64,000 nucleotides of DNA from the human T2T-CHM13v2.0 reference genome, Homo sapiens: the NCBI RefSeq assembly GCF_009914755.1, contig NC_060939.1, one strand, 5' to 3'. A program made the translations under genes and the position numbers. Positions within the stretch are counted from its first letter, which is position 1; each line of letters starts with the position of its first letter. Below the pieces are notes generated by a model. That model saw only the letters and a program-made list of their open reading frames with translations. It was not told the DNA's origin and searched no databases. Below, one piece after another: positions 1 to 15,857 of this stretch.

Positions 1-53
1 TAAATTACCCAGTCTCTGGTATTTTGTTATAGCACTACAAAAGGCCTAAGACA
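1..53 (+). mobile_element. 3' end of a MaLR (MST/MLT1-type) LTR
   Basis: TAAATTACCCAGTCTCTGGTATTTTGTTATAGC...CTAAGACA, typical MaLR LTR terminus. Confidence 0.7.
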
Positions 54-259
54 AATACAAAAATACTCAGGAAGAGCTGACTAAATTGAAATATAGACCA
101 TATATATTATGAATGGGAGGACTCAATACTATAAACATATTACTTCTCACCAAATTAATCTATAAATTCAAGCAATTCTCAAACAAATCCCAATAGATTT
201 TTTTGTGAACTTGACAGGCTGATTCTAAAATTCATGTAGTAATTGAGGGGCCAAGAACA

Positions 260-1172
260 GTGTGCAGACACCGCTGGTGCCCTCTCCATACCCCTTGGCA
301 TTGCCAACCACATATATGCCAGGGAGCTGATGCTTTTAAGAGCACCCTCAGTGTATTCATCATGCCTTTTCATTTCCTGAATTTCCTGATGTTTTGACAG
401 CTGAGGCCTTGCTGATCCTGGAGAGACTGTTCCTCCCAGGGCTAGCCAATTCCCCGAGACAGTAAGGGACTCACCTGCAAATGCACCTTCCATACGCAAA
501 CCAGCCAATCCGAAGCCCACACCCCCAGCCACCTCCTTCATCAGACTGTTATACTGGGCCATTGTCCGTCTACCCTAGTCATCCCAGGGCCATGAACCAG
601 ACAACCAGGGACAGCCCTATGCTCTGGAGCCAAGTGAAATTATTTAAACTATTAATAGCTAATCCTGTGCCTGCTTACCCTGGCTTGACTTGCCTTTCTC
701 TTGGATGCCACAAATAAAGCTCTTGCCCACATTTCCCCCCAGCTCCCTTTACTTATTGACCAACCCTGGTGCCTCCCCATGTATCCCTGCCTGGCATGCC
801 ATGTCTCTTGTTTCTAGGGACCTCTGAGTATAAAAAACTCTACTTCAGGACAGTCATTTCCATATCTGTGTGTCTTGCCATATCTAATGAAAATCTTGAG
901 TGCATTTTAAAACAGCCATGAAGAAAGGGAGTTGGTGGATAAATACCACAGCTTCACCACCCCTCAGCTGGAATAACTGAAGGGCCCAGTGAGATTGAGC
1001 CCCAGTTACCTTTTGTGGCAACCTGCTCATTAATGTACCATCTATTGACTTTCTTCCCTTCCCTATCTCACTTCTCACCCTCTTACCTTGCTTCCTGGAA
1101 TCATCTTCTAAAAAAATGCATGCACCCAAATCCTTGACTCAGGCTCTCCTTCAAGCAGAACCCAAATGAATA
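260..1172 (+). mobile_element. LTR16-like (ERVL) LTR, split by MER74
   Basis: GGTGGATAAATACCACAGC...GATTGAGCCCCAGTTACC...CCCAAATCCTTGACTCAGGCTCT...GAACCCAAA. Confidence 0.55.
352..914 (+). mobile_element. MER74-like solo LTR
   Basis: TGTATT start; GGCCTTGCTGATCCTGGAGAGACTG..CCTCCCAGGGCTAGCCAATTCC; AATAAA at ~713. Confidence 0.65.
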
Positions 1173-1198
1173 TATTTTTAAAGAATAAGAATGACATA

Positions 1199-1495
<297 letters not shown>

Positions 1496-1878
1496 TGAAT
1501 GACATAGAGGTCAGTGAGTAATGGAAGGTTTAAGATTTGTGTACATACGATAATGTCATAGGAATCAGGACAGTTAAATGTTGAGGGGGATGTACAAATT
1601 GACCACTGGAAGAGAACGGGAGCCCAGCAAAAGATCCATGACACACGGAAACTTGAAATAAGACAGAAGTTGCCTTGTAGATCATTGGGGAAAGGATGGA
1701 TATTCTAAAAACGATGTTGGGACAATTGATTATCCATATGGGAAGTAAATACAACTAGATCCCTAGTTCACACCGTACCAAAAATAAAATCCAGGTTCAT
1801 TAAAGATTTAGTTTGAAAAGCAAAACTTTGAAAGCATTTAGAAGCAAACATAGGAGGATATCATTATGACTGGGGTAG

Positions 1879-2571
<693 letters not shown>

Positions 2572-2987
2572 TATTAAAAGCATAAGCTCAAAAGAAAAAT
2601 GGTAATAGATTTGACTTCACTAAAGTATTTAAACTTCTATTCAACCAAACATACCACAAATGAAGTTTAAAGAGAAACCGTAGATTAGAAGATATTTGCA
2701 ATTCATATAATCAAAGGATACATATCTAGAATATTTAAGGAATTATATATATAAACATTTTATATATATAAACATTAATATTTTAAAAAGTCAACCAACC
2801 AAAAGAAAAGTGGGCAAACAATATGAACATGTAATTCATAGAAAAGAAAACTTGAATGACCTGCAAACATAGGAAGAGGTTTACCATGGATAGGAGTGAG
2901 GGGAATGGACACAGAAGTGATAATGAGATACTAGCATTCCTATACATCAATAACAACAGGTTAGAAAATGTATTAGAAAGAGATTCA

Positions 2988-3316
<329 letters not shown>

Positions 3317-3388
3317 CTATTCACAATGGCAACAAAAACCTTACGATAAATCTAGCAAAATATACATAAGGCCTTTCATGAAGAGTAT

Positions 3389-3525
3389 TGCTATGGTCTG
3401 AATGTGTCTCCCAAAATTCAAATTAATTGCCAAGATGATAGTATGAAGAGGTAGGGCCTTTAAGAAATGATTAAGTCATAAGGGCGAGCCCTCGTGGATG
3501 AGATTAGTGCTTTATAAAAGGGCGT
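3389..3525 (+). mobile_element. MST/MLT1A LTR 5' fragment
   Basis: TGCTATGGTCTGAATGTGTCTCCCAAAATTCA...GATTAGTGCTTTATAAAAGG. Confidence 0.65.
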
Positions 3526-3536
3526 GGGGGTGGTAG

Positions 3537-3845
3537 GGCCGGGCGAGGTGGCTCATGCCTGTAATCCCAGCACTTTGGAAGGCCTAGGCGGGTGGATCAC
3601 GAGGTCAGGAGATCAAGACCATCCTGGCTAACGCAGTGAAACCCTGTCTCTACTAAAAATACAAAAAATTAGCTGGGTGTGGTGGCAGGCACCTGTAGTC
3701 CCAGCTACTCAGGAGGCTGAGGCAGGAGAATGGCATGAACCTGAGAGACGGAGCTTGCAGTGAGCCGAGATCACACCACTGCACTCCAGCCTGGGCGACA
3801 GAGCGAGACTTGCCTCAAAAAAAAAAAAAAAAAGGAAAAAGAAAA
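3537..3845 (+). mobile_element. Alu (AluY-type)
   Basis: Alu dimer with AluY diagnostics and A-tail. Confidence 0.95.
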
Positions 3846-3898
3846 GGCATGGGGGTGAATCTGTTCCTTCTGCTGCATAAGAATATATTCTTATTGTT

Positions 3899-4501
<603 letters not shown>

Positions 4502-4821
4502 AGTTCATATTATTTTGAAAGCCCTATAACAGCAAGTGCTAGTAAAGATGTGGAACAGCAGGAGCACTCGCCAACTGCTGCTGGGGATGTAAACTGGGGC
4601 TGCCAGTTTGGAGAGAAATTGATAATGTATTGTAAAGTCAAAGATGCTTCCGTCCAATGCCTAGCCCTTCCATTTCTCGGTGTGTACCCCAGAGACACTC
4701 ATTTATATGATAATGCTCATAGTCACCCTTGTGTAGTGAGAATTGGAAACCACTTAGATGTCCATCAACAAGAACACGGAGGAATGAACTGTGGGATACT
4801 CACATAATACAATATGATCTG

Positions 4822-5024
4822 GAGCTGGGGCCAGCAAACTACCGCCCATCTGCCAAATCTGGAGCTAAGAAGAATGGTTTTTATAACATTAAAGCACTAT
4901 AAAAAACAAAACAAAATAAAACAATGCAAAGCAAAGACTGCAACAGAGACCATATGTTGCCTGCAAAGCCTAAAATATCTGCTATATGGCTTTTTACACA
5001 AAAAGTTTGCTGACCCTTGATCTA
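4822..5024. mobile_element. MER58-like hAT MITE
   Basis: GGGCCAGCAAACTA...GCAAAGCCTAAAATAT...AAAAAGTTTGCTGACCC terminal inverted repeats. Confidence 0.7.
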
Positions 5025-6110
5025 AAGTCACAATTATTAACAAAAATCTTTAAAAAATGTTAAGCAAAAAAGTTTTGAATATGTACAAATCACATATAAC
5101 ATACGTGGACATATACACATTAGCTAACATTTAAAAACATGTTTAAAGATACCCACGTAAGTAGCAGAAGAATAAAATTGCACGAGTGATAAACTCTAAA
5201 TTCAGAGAAGTGGTTACCTCTGGGGATGGGAAGAAAAATAAGCATGGGGGGAGGTTCTGGGGGTTTTGTTTCATAAATAAATTTGCTTTAGTTCATAAAA
5301 TGAAAAAAGAAGGTCTGAAGCAAATATGACTACATATGAGTATGTTTGAACAACTCCGGATAATGGTTCCCAGGTGTTTGTTATGTGGGTTCCTATAGAT
5401 TTATGTATGTTTGAAATATTTCATCAATTTTGTTTTTTTTTAAAGGAGTGCCTTTTCATGAGTGTGCCCAGGAGGAGGATGGCTGTGGACATGGGCAGGC
5501 GCCCTCCCTGCTGTGCACCCGGTCCCTTGTCTGGCCTAGCCAGGCCCCAGCTGCAGGCTGAGCAATTGTCCATAGGCCAGAGAGACTGACATCCTGGCCT
5601 GGGGTTCTGCCCGTGACTGTCGTGTGCCCTTCTTACAGTTGCTTTGGCAGTGGGTGAGCCTAGTTGGCTCCACTAGCTGAGGCCCAGGCTGCAGTGGTGC
5701 TGGCCAGAGAGGATGGAGTTAGCAGCCTGGGACCTGCCACAAATGACAGCAGGAGTCAGAGCCCAACTTCCCCATCTGTGGAGTGAGATGATAGATCTCA
5801 TGGTGTCCAAGGATTCATCCAGCTCTGTTTTCCTGGGCCCAGGGTTTGTCCTAAGACCTGTAGCTGATGCCTTGGGCTCCAGACTCTCTAATTAAGGAAG
5901 TAAGAGCCAAGCAGAAGTTGGTCTTCACATTCCTGGCTTTTCACCCCCAACCTGAACTGCCTTTCTCTGGCTTCCCCATCAGTGCTGGTGCCCCTTGAGG
6001 AGAAGCCTTACAGAGGAAGAGTTGGCCAAAAGGGGCATTTATGTGTGATTTGGAAGGCAGAAGGAAAGAGGCAGCCATTGCTGTCTGAAGGTGGCCGTGG
6101 CCGCAAGTGG

Positions 6111-6752
6111 TGTCACTGGCCAGGTCTAGGTCCATTCTGCCGGTGTACAGCAAGTCAATCACTGTGACACAGGTCCTGATTTATGCACAAGGCCACCAAA
6201 CGAGGAGGGGGAAGAACAGCTCTCAAATCCACCTCTGCAGAGATAAGGCTTAGGGTTGCTTATGGGCTAGGGAAGTGTGATTGTCTAAGATGTGGGGAGA
6301 GGTGATTGGCAGCGGGGAAAAATGAAGTCATAGGTTTGTTTCGTGCAAGTGTAGTCGGGCTTTGTGAGATTTCATAGGGCGTAAGTGCAGAAAATGATGG
6401 CATTAGCATGATCTGAAGGTGGAGTATTTGGCCCTCTGACATCAAAATGGACCTTTTCTCGGGCATTGGCACAGGTCCAGTTGAAGGGTCAGTGATCTCA
6501 ACCAGTTTGAACTGGACAGGAGCTGGCCCAAGTTCCTGAAAAACAGCTGAAGCAACCATGACCATGGCAACCTATGACTCTGATCTATAAAGCAGCCAGT
6601 GATCTATAAAGCAGCCAGTGAAGGTTGAGGTTCAGCCTTCAGTGGACTAAGGCCTCAGGGTTCATGGATAAAACAAAAACAAAACAAAAAGCAAGCGGCC
6701 AAAAGCAAGCAGGGTGGCAGGCAGACCTGATCAAATTCACCCCTTGGTTTCA
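6111..6752 (-). mobile_element. ERV solo LTR (probably ERV1/MER4 group; family uncertain)
   Basis: TGTCAC...TTTCA termini (TGAAACC start on minus strand); LTR-like content. Confidence 0.5.
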
Positions 6753-7771
6753 GCAGTGACAGATGTAGTGGTGCTGGCAAATGCCAGCTTGTCCTCACTC
6801 TGCCCTGAGTCCAGCTCTTCTCCCCGACTGCTGACCATATGACCTGCACTGACCCTAAGTCTACCATAGGCATTTTGTGCAGATCCACAGATGTGGGAGC
6901 TCTGCAAGGCACAGCTGCCCAGAGACCTCTCCAGGGCCTTGCCCTTGGTGGTCCCACCAGAAGCTGGACATGTTTCAGCTTCTCAGATTGACCGAGAAGT
7001 GGACCCCTTCTCTGACTCTCCAGCTCCCTCCCCACACCTCTACTTCCCAGCCCCTCCACAATCATGTAAGGTCTAATTGTGCAATAAATCCCTTAGCCCA
7101 TAACTCACATGGTTCTGTTTCTTCCCTGACTGAATCCTGACACTTCCATCAAGGAGGGTGTAAGCGGCAAGTGCTCTCTGAGCCCTGGGAACACAAGTGA
7201 ACCAGGATGCCCCCACCCTGGGTAGCCTTCCTTTCTTTAGCAGCTCCAGAAGAAGGCCTGCTTCCTTCAGCCCCTTAGCAGAACTTTTCTTGAAAAGGGT
7301 TGCATCTGCCCCACACGAGCCCAAAAGGGCTGCAGGGACAGGGCAGGGTCTTGGATCCTCATCTCTTAGGACAGGTGGTGAGGAAGCCACAATATACCTG
7401 GTAGCTACTTGGTGCTAGATACTTCATCATTTTGTCCTCACAAGAAGCTACTGCCCCATCTTCCAGTGAGAAAGCTGACAGGGAAGGAGTTTGGTGAAGC
7501 TGGAGTTTGAACCTGTGATTACCAAGCAGCAAAATCCACAGGTCCTTCACTTGTAACTTGCCCACAGCTGCAGCAGGAGGTGGAGCAGTAATTCCTGCCT
7601 GTATCTGGCCTCTGCTGGGTCGTGGGGCCATAGTCTCCCAGGCCCTGCTGCTCTCTGCTCTTCCCCTTTCCACCTGTGTGCCTCAGTGTGCCTCAAGGCT
7701 GAACCTCAACCTTCGCTGGCTGCTTTATAGATCACTGGCTGCTTTATAGATCAGAGTCATAGGTTGCCATG
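6563..7771. repeat. 77-bp inverted repeat pair (6563-6639 / 7695-7771), 76/77 identical, each arm with a 19-bp tandem duplication
   Basis: Direct comparison of the reverse complement. Confidence 0.95.
6763..7148 (+). mobile_element. LTR16-like (ERVL) LTR
   Basis: 3' end AATAAATCCCTTAGCCCATAACTCACATGGTTCTG...CCCTGACTGAATCCTGAC. Confidence 0.55.
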
Positions 7772-9889
7772 TCTGAGGCACACAGCAGCTGAGGCCACAG
7801 AACCAGTAGCATTGGTGGCTCTGCCAGTGGGGCCTGAGGACATGGGTCAGGGCTGACTCAGACATGAGGCCTTGTGGAGTGCAGCCACTCAGCCTGAAGG
7901 GCTTGAGACAAGGAACAGCTGGTTCCCACCCCTCTGGCCAGCACCATCTGAGGCCTCATCATCTGGGCTGGTGGTATCTCAGTGCCTGCTGCTGGCCTGA
8001 TACCTTGCTCAGTCTCAGAGAATCCTCTCTTCATGCAGCAGATTGGAGTGAGTTTCCTCCACGGCACTTCCGGCCTGGTGACTCCACGACTTTCCATCTA
8101 TAGATGGTAATGAAGGTAGTGAGGTCAACAGACAAGGGTACCCATTTTGGTTCTGCCATTTTGGAGCTCCATAACCCTGGACTAGCTACTTTCTCCTTTT
8201 CCTCATCTATAACGGCTGTCCTGATGCTTCAACAAGGTAATGTGGGTAGAGCATGTCGCAGTGATTTGGCACTCAATAAATGCTCAGAAATGATGGCGGC
8301 ACTAGGGGTGGTGGTGGAATGGGAGAAATTATAAAAACTTATGGTTGGATTGACTTGGCCTCAAATCTGTTTGGCCACTTAGCAGCTGTGGTGGGCAAGT
8401 TATCTCACATTTTTGAGGCTTGCTTTTTCCATCTATAAAAAGAGGGTGATAGTTGTCACCCCGCTCATAGGGTTGGTCTGAGGCTTAAATGGGATAATGA
8501 AAGCCTCAGCAGATAGCACACCACCCCTTCCTTCTCTTTTCTCCTATCTCCTTTATAACAGATGGGAATTCAGTAGGTGCTTAATAGTGGCATGATCCTT
8601 TGACAATGTAATCCTGACTGTTGCTTCCTCAATCAGTCATAACTAATGATGTGTACTTCCATCTGAAAGTTCTGAGGGAGGCAGGACATTAAGCTGTTTC
8701 AAATTCTGGCTTTAAGTCTAAAGGGTTCACTCTACCTTGTCCTGAATCATCTCCTCCCTCCTTCCTGCTAATCAGAAGCATCTGGGCTTTCAGGACTTAT
8801 CTTGGAAAAGCCGGCCCTGATTCCTCTCAATCTTTATGGACCTCCTCATTGAAGGACCTCCTTACTCCATATTTGATTCTCCATAGCTTGCCTCACCTGG
8901 CTCCCCAGCTGTCCACTGACAGCCAGGCAAAGGCTGGCAGTGCTGGCGGAAAACCTGCTGGGTGTTTTTCTTCCCTTTTGTGACTGTGACCACTGCAGAG
9001 ATATTCAAACCTCCTAGCTGCAAGAATGCAGTTAGCTGCCTGCCTCCAGTGGCTAGCATCTTCAGCTTTACCTCAGCTTTTGAGGTAGAGGCCACACTTT
9101 TCCTGGCAAGCCCCCAAACCAACTACTGAGCACAGCGAGAGTCCTAGGGCCTGCCATTTTTGCTCAACTCAAACTCCAAGTCCTCCTGTTGCGGGGGCTG
9201 AAACTTTGTTAGATCTGGCATGGCAATCTGAAGTCTTCCCCTGCCCAATCCAGCTACCTCCTCCTCTTATCATTTACAGTAATTACTGGTCCCCACTGAA
9301 CCCTCTCCCATTCTTAACTACATCTCAGCATCTGCTGTCCAGAGCACTTACCATCTCCAGCACCATGGAAGGGATGGGTTGCAATGGGCTCCAGGATGAA
9401 AGGCTGTGCAGAGGAAGCTCAATGGCTTCAAGGACTCCAGACCCTCAGGGGCTAAAAAGGGACCTGAGAACCTGTCTCTTCCAATTCCCCCTTTCACTTG
9501 TTCACATAGCATAAAGACCCAGATCTGTGCCAGGCCATGTGCTTCAGGGATGGATGAAGCCAGGATCCCTCCTCTGGATGAACTTACCAGGGAGAGAAGA
9601 AGCCTAATGCTCTGTACCAGGGTTTTGGCACGTTGCTGGGAAAGCCTAATACTCAAAGAGAATTGAGGTAACATTGCTGGGTGCTCCACGTAAGGGCAGA
9701 TGTTGATTTTTAAGTCTGCCCTGATGGGGTCTGATTTCCTTCTGTTTCCTTTGTTGGAAGTATTTTCAATGGAGACACCTTAAACAATAACAATGACCGC
9801 AAAGAACATGCATTCAGTGCTTTCCCATCTGCTGAGCACTATGCTAAGTGTATCAGGTAAAGCCTGGATTAGGAGAGACTGCAGAGGTG

Positions 9890-10040
9890 AGTCACAGCAT
9901 CATGTGTCCTGGGCTTGCAATCTGCAGCTTCCTAGCTGTGTAACCCTGGGCAAACTCTTTAACCTCTCTGTGCCTCATGTTTTTCATCTGTTAAGTAGGG
10001 AGATCAAGAGTATCTTCCGTGTACGTGCTGTGAAAAATAG
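9890..10040 (+). mobile_element. MIR
   Basis: TAGCTGTGTAACCCTGGGCAAACTCTTTAACCTCTCTGTGCCTCA core. Confidence 0.7.
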
Positions 10041-10637
10041 GCAATGTGAAATCCAGACAGGCAGATTCCGGAGTCCAGATCATCCCTATACTGTCTGTAA
10101 CTACAGCACTCATCTAAGGTCTGGTGAAAGAGCTTTTTTAAAAAAACTTTTAATTGAGATATATGTATAGAATAGTTCACAAATAAATGTTCAGCTAAAT
10201 GAATTTTCACAAACTGAACACACCTGTGTAACCAGCATCCAGCTCAAGACACAGACATTACCAGCACCCTAAAAGACCCCCTGTACTTCCTCCAGGTCCC
10301 CACCCTCCCAAATGGAGCCACTGTTCTAATTTCTAAATGGTATAGATTTATTTCACCTGGTTTTAAGAGTTTCCCCCCACCCCAACTTTATGGACGGATA
10401 ACTGGAGTACAATCAACTGCACATTTTAAAAATGTACAACTTGATTAGTGTTGTTTGTGTTCACTCATGAAGCCAAAATTCAGACAGCAAACATTTCCAT
10501 AATCCCCCAAAGTTTTCTCATGCCCCTTTGTCATCCACCGCTCCCTCCAATCCTGTCCCAGGCTGATCTGCTTTCTGTCTCTATAGATTAGTTTGCACTT
10601 TCTAGAATTTTGTATGAACACAATTATACAGTACATA

Positions 10638-10812
10638 ATTTTTTTTTTTTGAGAGTGAGACTTGCTCTGTCACCTAGACTGGAGTGCAGTGGCATGATCA
10701 TGGCTCACTGCAGCCTCAACCCCCAGGCTCAAGCGATCCTCCCCCACCTCCCAGCCTCCCTATCCTAGCAGCTGGGACTACAGCTGCACACCACCACACC
10801 TGGCTAATTTTG
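10638..10812 (-). mobile_element. Alu right monomer (AluJ-type)
   Basis: T-tail through CTGGCTAATTTT; left arm absent. Confidence 0.85.
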
Positions 10813-10920
10813 TGTATATATACGTTACATATCTATATATATCTATATATCTATATCTATATATATCTATATCTATATATATCTATATATATCTCACATA
10901 TAATTACATATGTATATAAA
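10813..10920. repeat. (TA)n/(TATATC)n simple repeat
   Basis: ATATCTATATATATCTATATATCTATATC... Confidence 0.9.
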
Positions 10921-10924
10921 ATAG

Positions 10925-11097
10925 AAAAAATTAGCCGGATGAGGTGGTACTTACCTATTGGTCCCAGCCACTTGGGAGGCTGAGGTAGGAGGATCGCTTG
11001 ATCCAGGGGAGGTCAAGGCTGCAGTGAGCCACGATGGTGCTACCACACTCCAGCTCGAGCAACAGAGCGAGACCCTGTTTCAAAAACAAAACAAAAA
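10925..11097 (+). mobile_element. Alu right monomer (AluJ-type)
   Basis: AAAAAATTAGCCGG...GAGACCCTGTTTCAAAAACAAAAC; left arm absent. Confidence 0.85.
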
Positions 11098-11465
11098 TTG
11101 TTTTAGTTACTCTAGGTCCTGTCCATTTTCATATGCATTTTAAAACCAACTTTTCAAATTCTGAAAAAAAGAAACACAACAATGTCTGCTGAAAATTTTG
11201 GTTGGAATTACATTGAGTATATAGACAAACTGGGAAAGAATTATCATATTGGGCAATTTTGTGTCTCCCAATACAAAACATGGCATATCTCTCCATTTAT
11301 TTAGTTCCTCTTCAATTTCACAGTGTTCTATAGTGTTCAGTGTAGAGGTTTGATAGATTTATTTTTAGGTATTTTATAAAATTTTTGCTGCCACTCTAAA
11401 TGAGATTTTCAAAATTTCACTTTCAAATTGTTTGCTCCGACATACAGTTAGAAGGAATAAATTCA

Positions 11466-11860
<395 letters not shown>

Positions 11861-12430
11861 TCACTATGCATTATATACACGTAACAAAATTTCACACATG
11901 CCCCATAAATTTGTGCAAATAAGTAAATAAAAATCACTTGTAGAATAAAGTAACACAAAGCAAAAAAAAAAATTTGCTGCTAAAAACTTTTATGATGAAC
12001 TCTCCTTCGTTTCACAACAGGGATGTTGGGAGCACCCAGATATACAGGGAATTCCTGCAGCACTCATTGGCAAACGCTGTAGAAGATAAGATGTCAAAAA
12101 GCTGAAAGAAGAGCAGAATGACTAATAAGACTCCAGAGACGGGCATAAAAACCTCCCTTCTTCTGATTCCCTTAATTATACCTCTCACTTTCCAATACGG
12201 GGTTTGGGTTGCTCTGGTGGTGAGAGTTGGGGCAGATCCTGCAGTGGGAAAAGATCGAAGGCCCTGGGCCCTCTTATTCTACATTCTCTCCCTAGCACAC
12301 CTGCATGCATAGCTTACAATATCTTCTGTACATTGGAGACCAGGCATCTGCCCTAAGTTCCAGGCATGTATCTCTCATAAGCCCTTAAACTCAGCTTCTC
12401 TAGAATGAAACTCACAATCTTCCCTCCAAT

Positions 12431-12725
12431 TGTTTTTCTTTTCTTCTTTTTTTTTTTTGGAGACAGTTTCTGTCACCCAGGCTGGAGTGCAGTGGTACAA
12501 CCCTGGCTCACTGTAACCTCTGCCTCCTAGGTTCAAGTGCTTCTCCTGCCTCAGCCTCCTGAGTAGCTGGGGTTACAGGCACATGCCCCCACGACTGGCT
12601 AATTTTTGTATTTTTAGTGGAGACCATGTTGGCCAGGCTGGTCTCAAAGTCCTGACTTCAAGTGATCTGCTCACCTTGGCCTCCCAAAGTGCTGGGATTA
12701 CAGGCATGAGCCACTGCGGCCAGCC
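12431..12725 (-). mobile_element. Alu (AluS-type)
   Basis: Reverse-complement Alu. Confidence 0.9.
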
Positions 12726-12895
12726 TCAAACCTGTTTCTTACCCAATGTTTCCTTTACTGTAAATGGCAACCTCCTCCACCAGCTGCACAACACCTAATA
12801 GGAATAGTAGTGAATATCCAGTAAATATTTGTTGTATGGATGAGTGAATGAAGATTGGTAGCATAGAAAGTGAATTTACTCTATATAAGTTTTGA

Positions 12896-13262
<367 letters not shown>

Positions 13263-13429
13263 GAGGCATAATTTAAATAAAGTTCCATCAGACTCTGTAT
13301 CAGAGCAGGTCCTTTCTCCTGTGTTGCTCTGGGACCTCACTGAGACCACAGCTACAAGCAGGGAAGAGGGTGGGGCACTTTTGATTCTGGGGACACATAT
13401 ATCATTATTCCTCACAATGACTGTCTCTT

Positions 13430-13739
<310 letters not shown>

Positions 13740-14399
13740 TCTTGTTTATTTCTATATCACCTGGGCCTTGGCTCAGTCCTAGAACGCAGAGATAATAAAT
13801 GTTTGAATGAATGAATGAATGAAATAACTCCATTGTCTAAGTACTATTTGTCCCTTTTTATAGATAAGAAATCTGGGGCTCAGAGACTGCCCTCCCTAGG
13901 AAGCAGCAACAACCGGGGGACAAACCCAGTCCTCTTGGTCCCCAGATCAGTGATTCCTCTACTGCATCAAGAAAGTTGTAATTACTTGCCCTTGGTGTCT
14001 TGGAAAAAAAGAAAAAAGAAAGTTGTAATAACTAAGTACAGATTTCATTTCATCTTCTTTCCAACTAATAGTTCTTAAGTGCTTCCTGCATACCAGGATG
14101 AAGCTATCAATGTCCTCTTGAAAGCACAGCTACAAGATTTTGAAGAGGGGGAAAAAAAAGCCTTTCTGCTAGGCCCTGACCTGAACCAATTCTTGGTTAT
14201 CTAAAGCAGTGGCCTCCAAATAAAAATTCCCAAGACCCTCCCCCAGAAATTCTAATTCATGCATCTGAAGGAGAGGAGATGCCTGAAAACCTCTGTTATA
14301 AACACTGCTCTGGGCTGATGTGGTATATAGGCCAGCTGCTGCACACAGTTCAGCAGGAAGGCAGCAGAAAGGAGGGTGAAGAGTAAGCATCTTTATTAC

Positions 14400-15336
14400 T
14401 TTATTCACATACATTAACTGAGCATGTACTATGTCCCAGTCACTGTTCTAAGTCCTAGGGATACAGTAGTGGACAAAACAAAATCCTTATTCTCCCTCAT
14501 TCTATGGGTGGTGGGGGTGTAAGATGGGGAGACAATGACCAAGTAAAGAAATAGGGCCAGGTGAGGGTGGCTCATGCCTGGAGTCCCAGCACTTTGGGAG
14601 CCTGAAGCAGGTGGGTCATTTCAGCCCAGGAGTTTGAGACCAGCCTGGGCAACATGGTTAAACCCCATCTCTTCCAAAACAAACAAACAAACGCTAGCTG
14701 GGTATGATGGTTCATGCCTGTAGTCCCAGCTACTCAGGAGGCTGAGGTGGGAGGATCACTTGAGACTGGGAGGCAGAGGTGAGCTGAGGTCACGCCACTG
14801 CACTCCAGCCTGGGCAACAGAGAAAGACCGTGTCTCAAAAAGAAAGAAAGAAAAAGAAACATACAGGATAACTGCTGCTTGTGGTGGTGAAGGCTCTAGA
14901 GAAAACAAAACAGAGTGATGTGCTGCAGGGTGACAGAGAAGGGGTACCCTAGCTCTCTGAGGAGGTGACATTTGAGACCTGAATGACCAGAAGGAACCAA
15001 CCCTACTCTGGGAGAAGAATATTATAGGCAGACAGAGTAGGAGATGGCAAAGTCACAGAGGGACAGTCTTGGCATGTGAGGCTGATGTTGTGTGAACAAG
15101 GAGAACAGCCTAAAATATGGTTAGACAGAGATAGTGAGGCAGGAATCATCATTTAAGGTCTTCAAATTAGGAAAAGCGTTTAGTTTCTTCTGGAGAGTTT
15201 TAAGCAGGGAGTGATGTGACATGATTGCTTTAATTGGCTTGTTTTAGCTGCTGGATGAAGACAAGAGTCTAGGGGTTCAATGTGGGAGCAGGGAACCAGT
15301 GAGGAGGCTCACAGGAGTCCAAGCTAGAGATGATGA
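14400..15336 (-). mobile_element. L2 3' region, interrupted by an Alu
   Basis: ACTGAGCATGTACTATGTCCCAG...GGGATACAGTAGTGGACAAAAC; GGAGGTGACATTTGAG; TTTTAAGCAGGGAGTGA. Confidence 0.7.
14555..14859 (+). mobile_element. Alu (AluJb-type)
   Basis: Alu dimer. Confidence 0.9.
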
Positions 15337-15337
15337 T

Positions 15338-15857
<520 letters not shown>

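Larger units (their letters stand above)
10135..11460 (-). mobile_element. Old L1 (L1MB/ME-type) fragments, interrupted by two half-Alus
   Basis: Antisense L1 3'UTR motifs (TTTTCACAAACTGAACACACCTGTGTAACCAGCA; CTGCTTTCTGTCTCTATAGATTAGTTTGC) and ORF2-like GGCATATCTCTCCATTTATTTAG. Confidence 0.6.

Noticed and set aside
6581-6620. Short direct repeats as a CRISPR-like array
   Set aside because: Only two abutting copies, no spacers, eukaryotic context.
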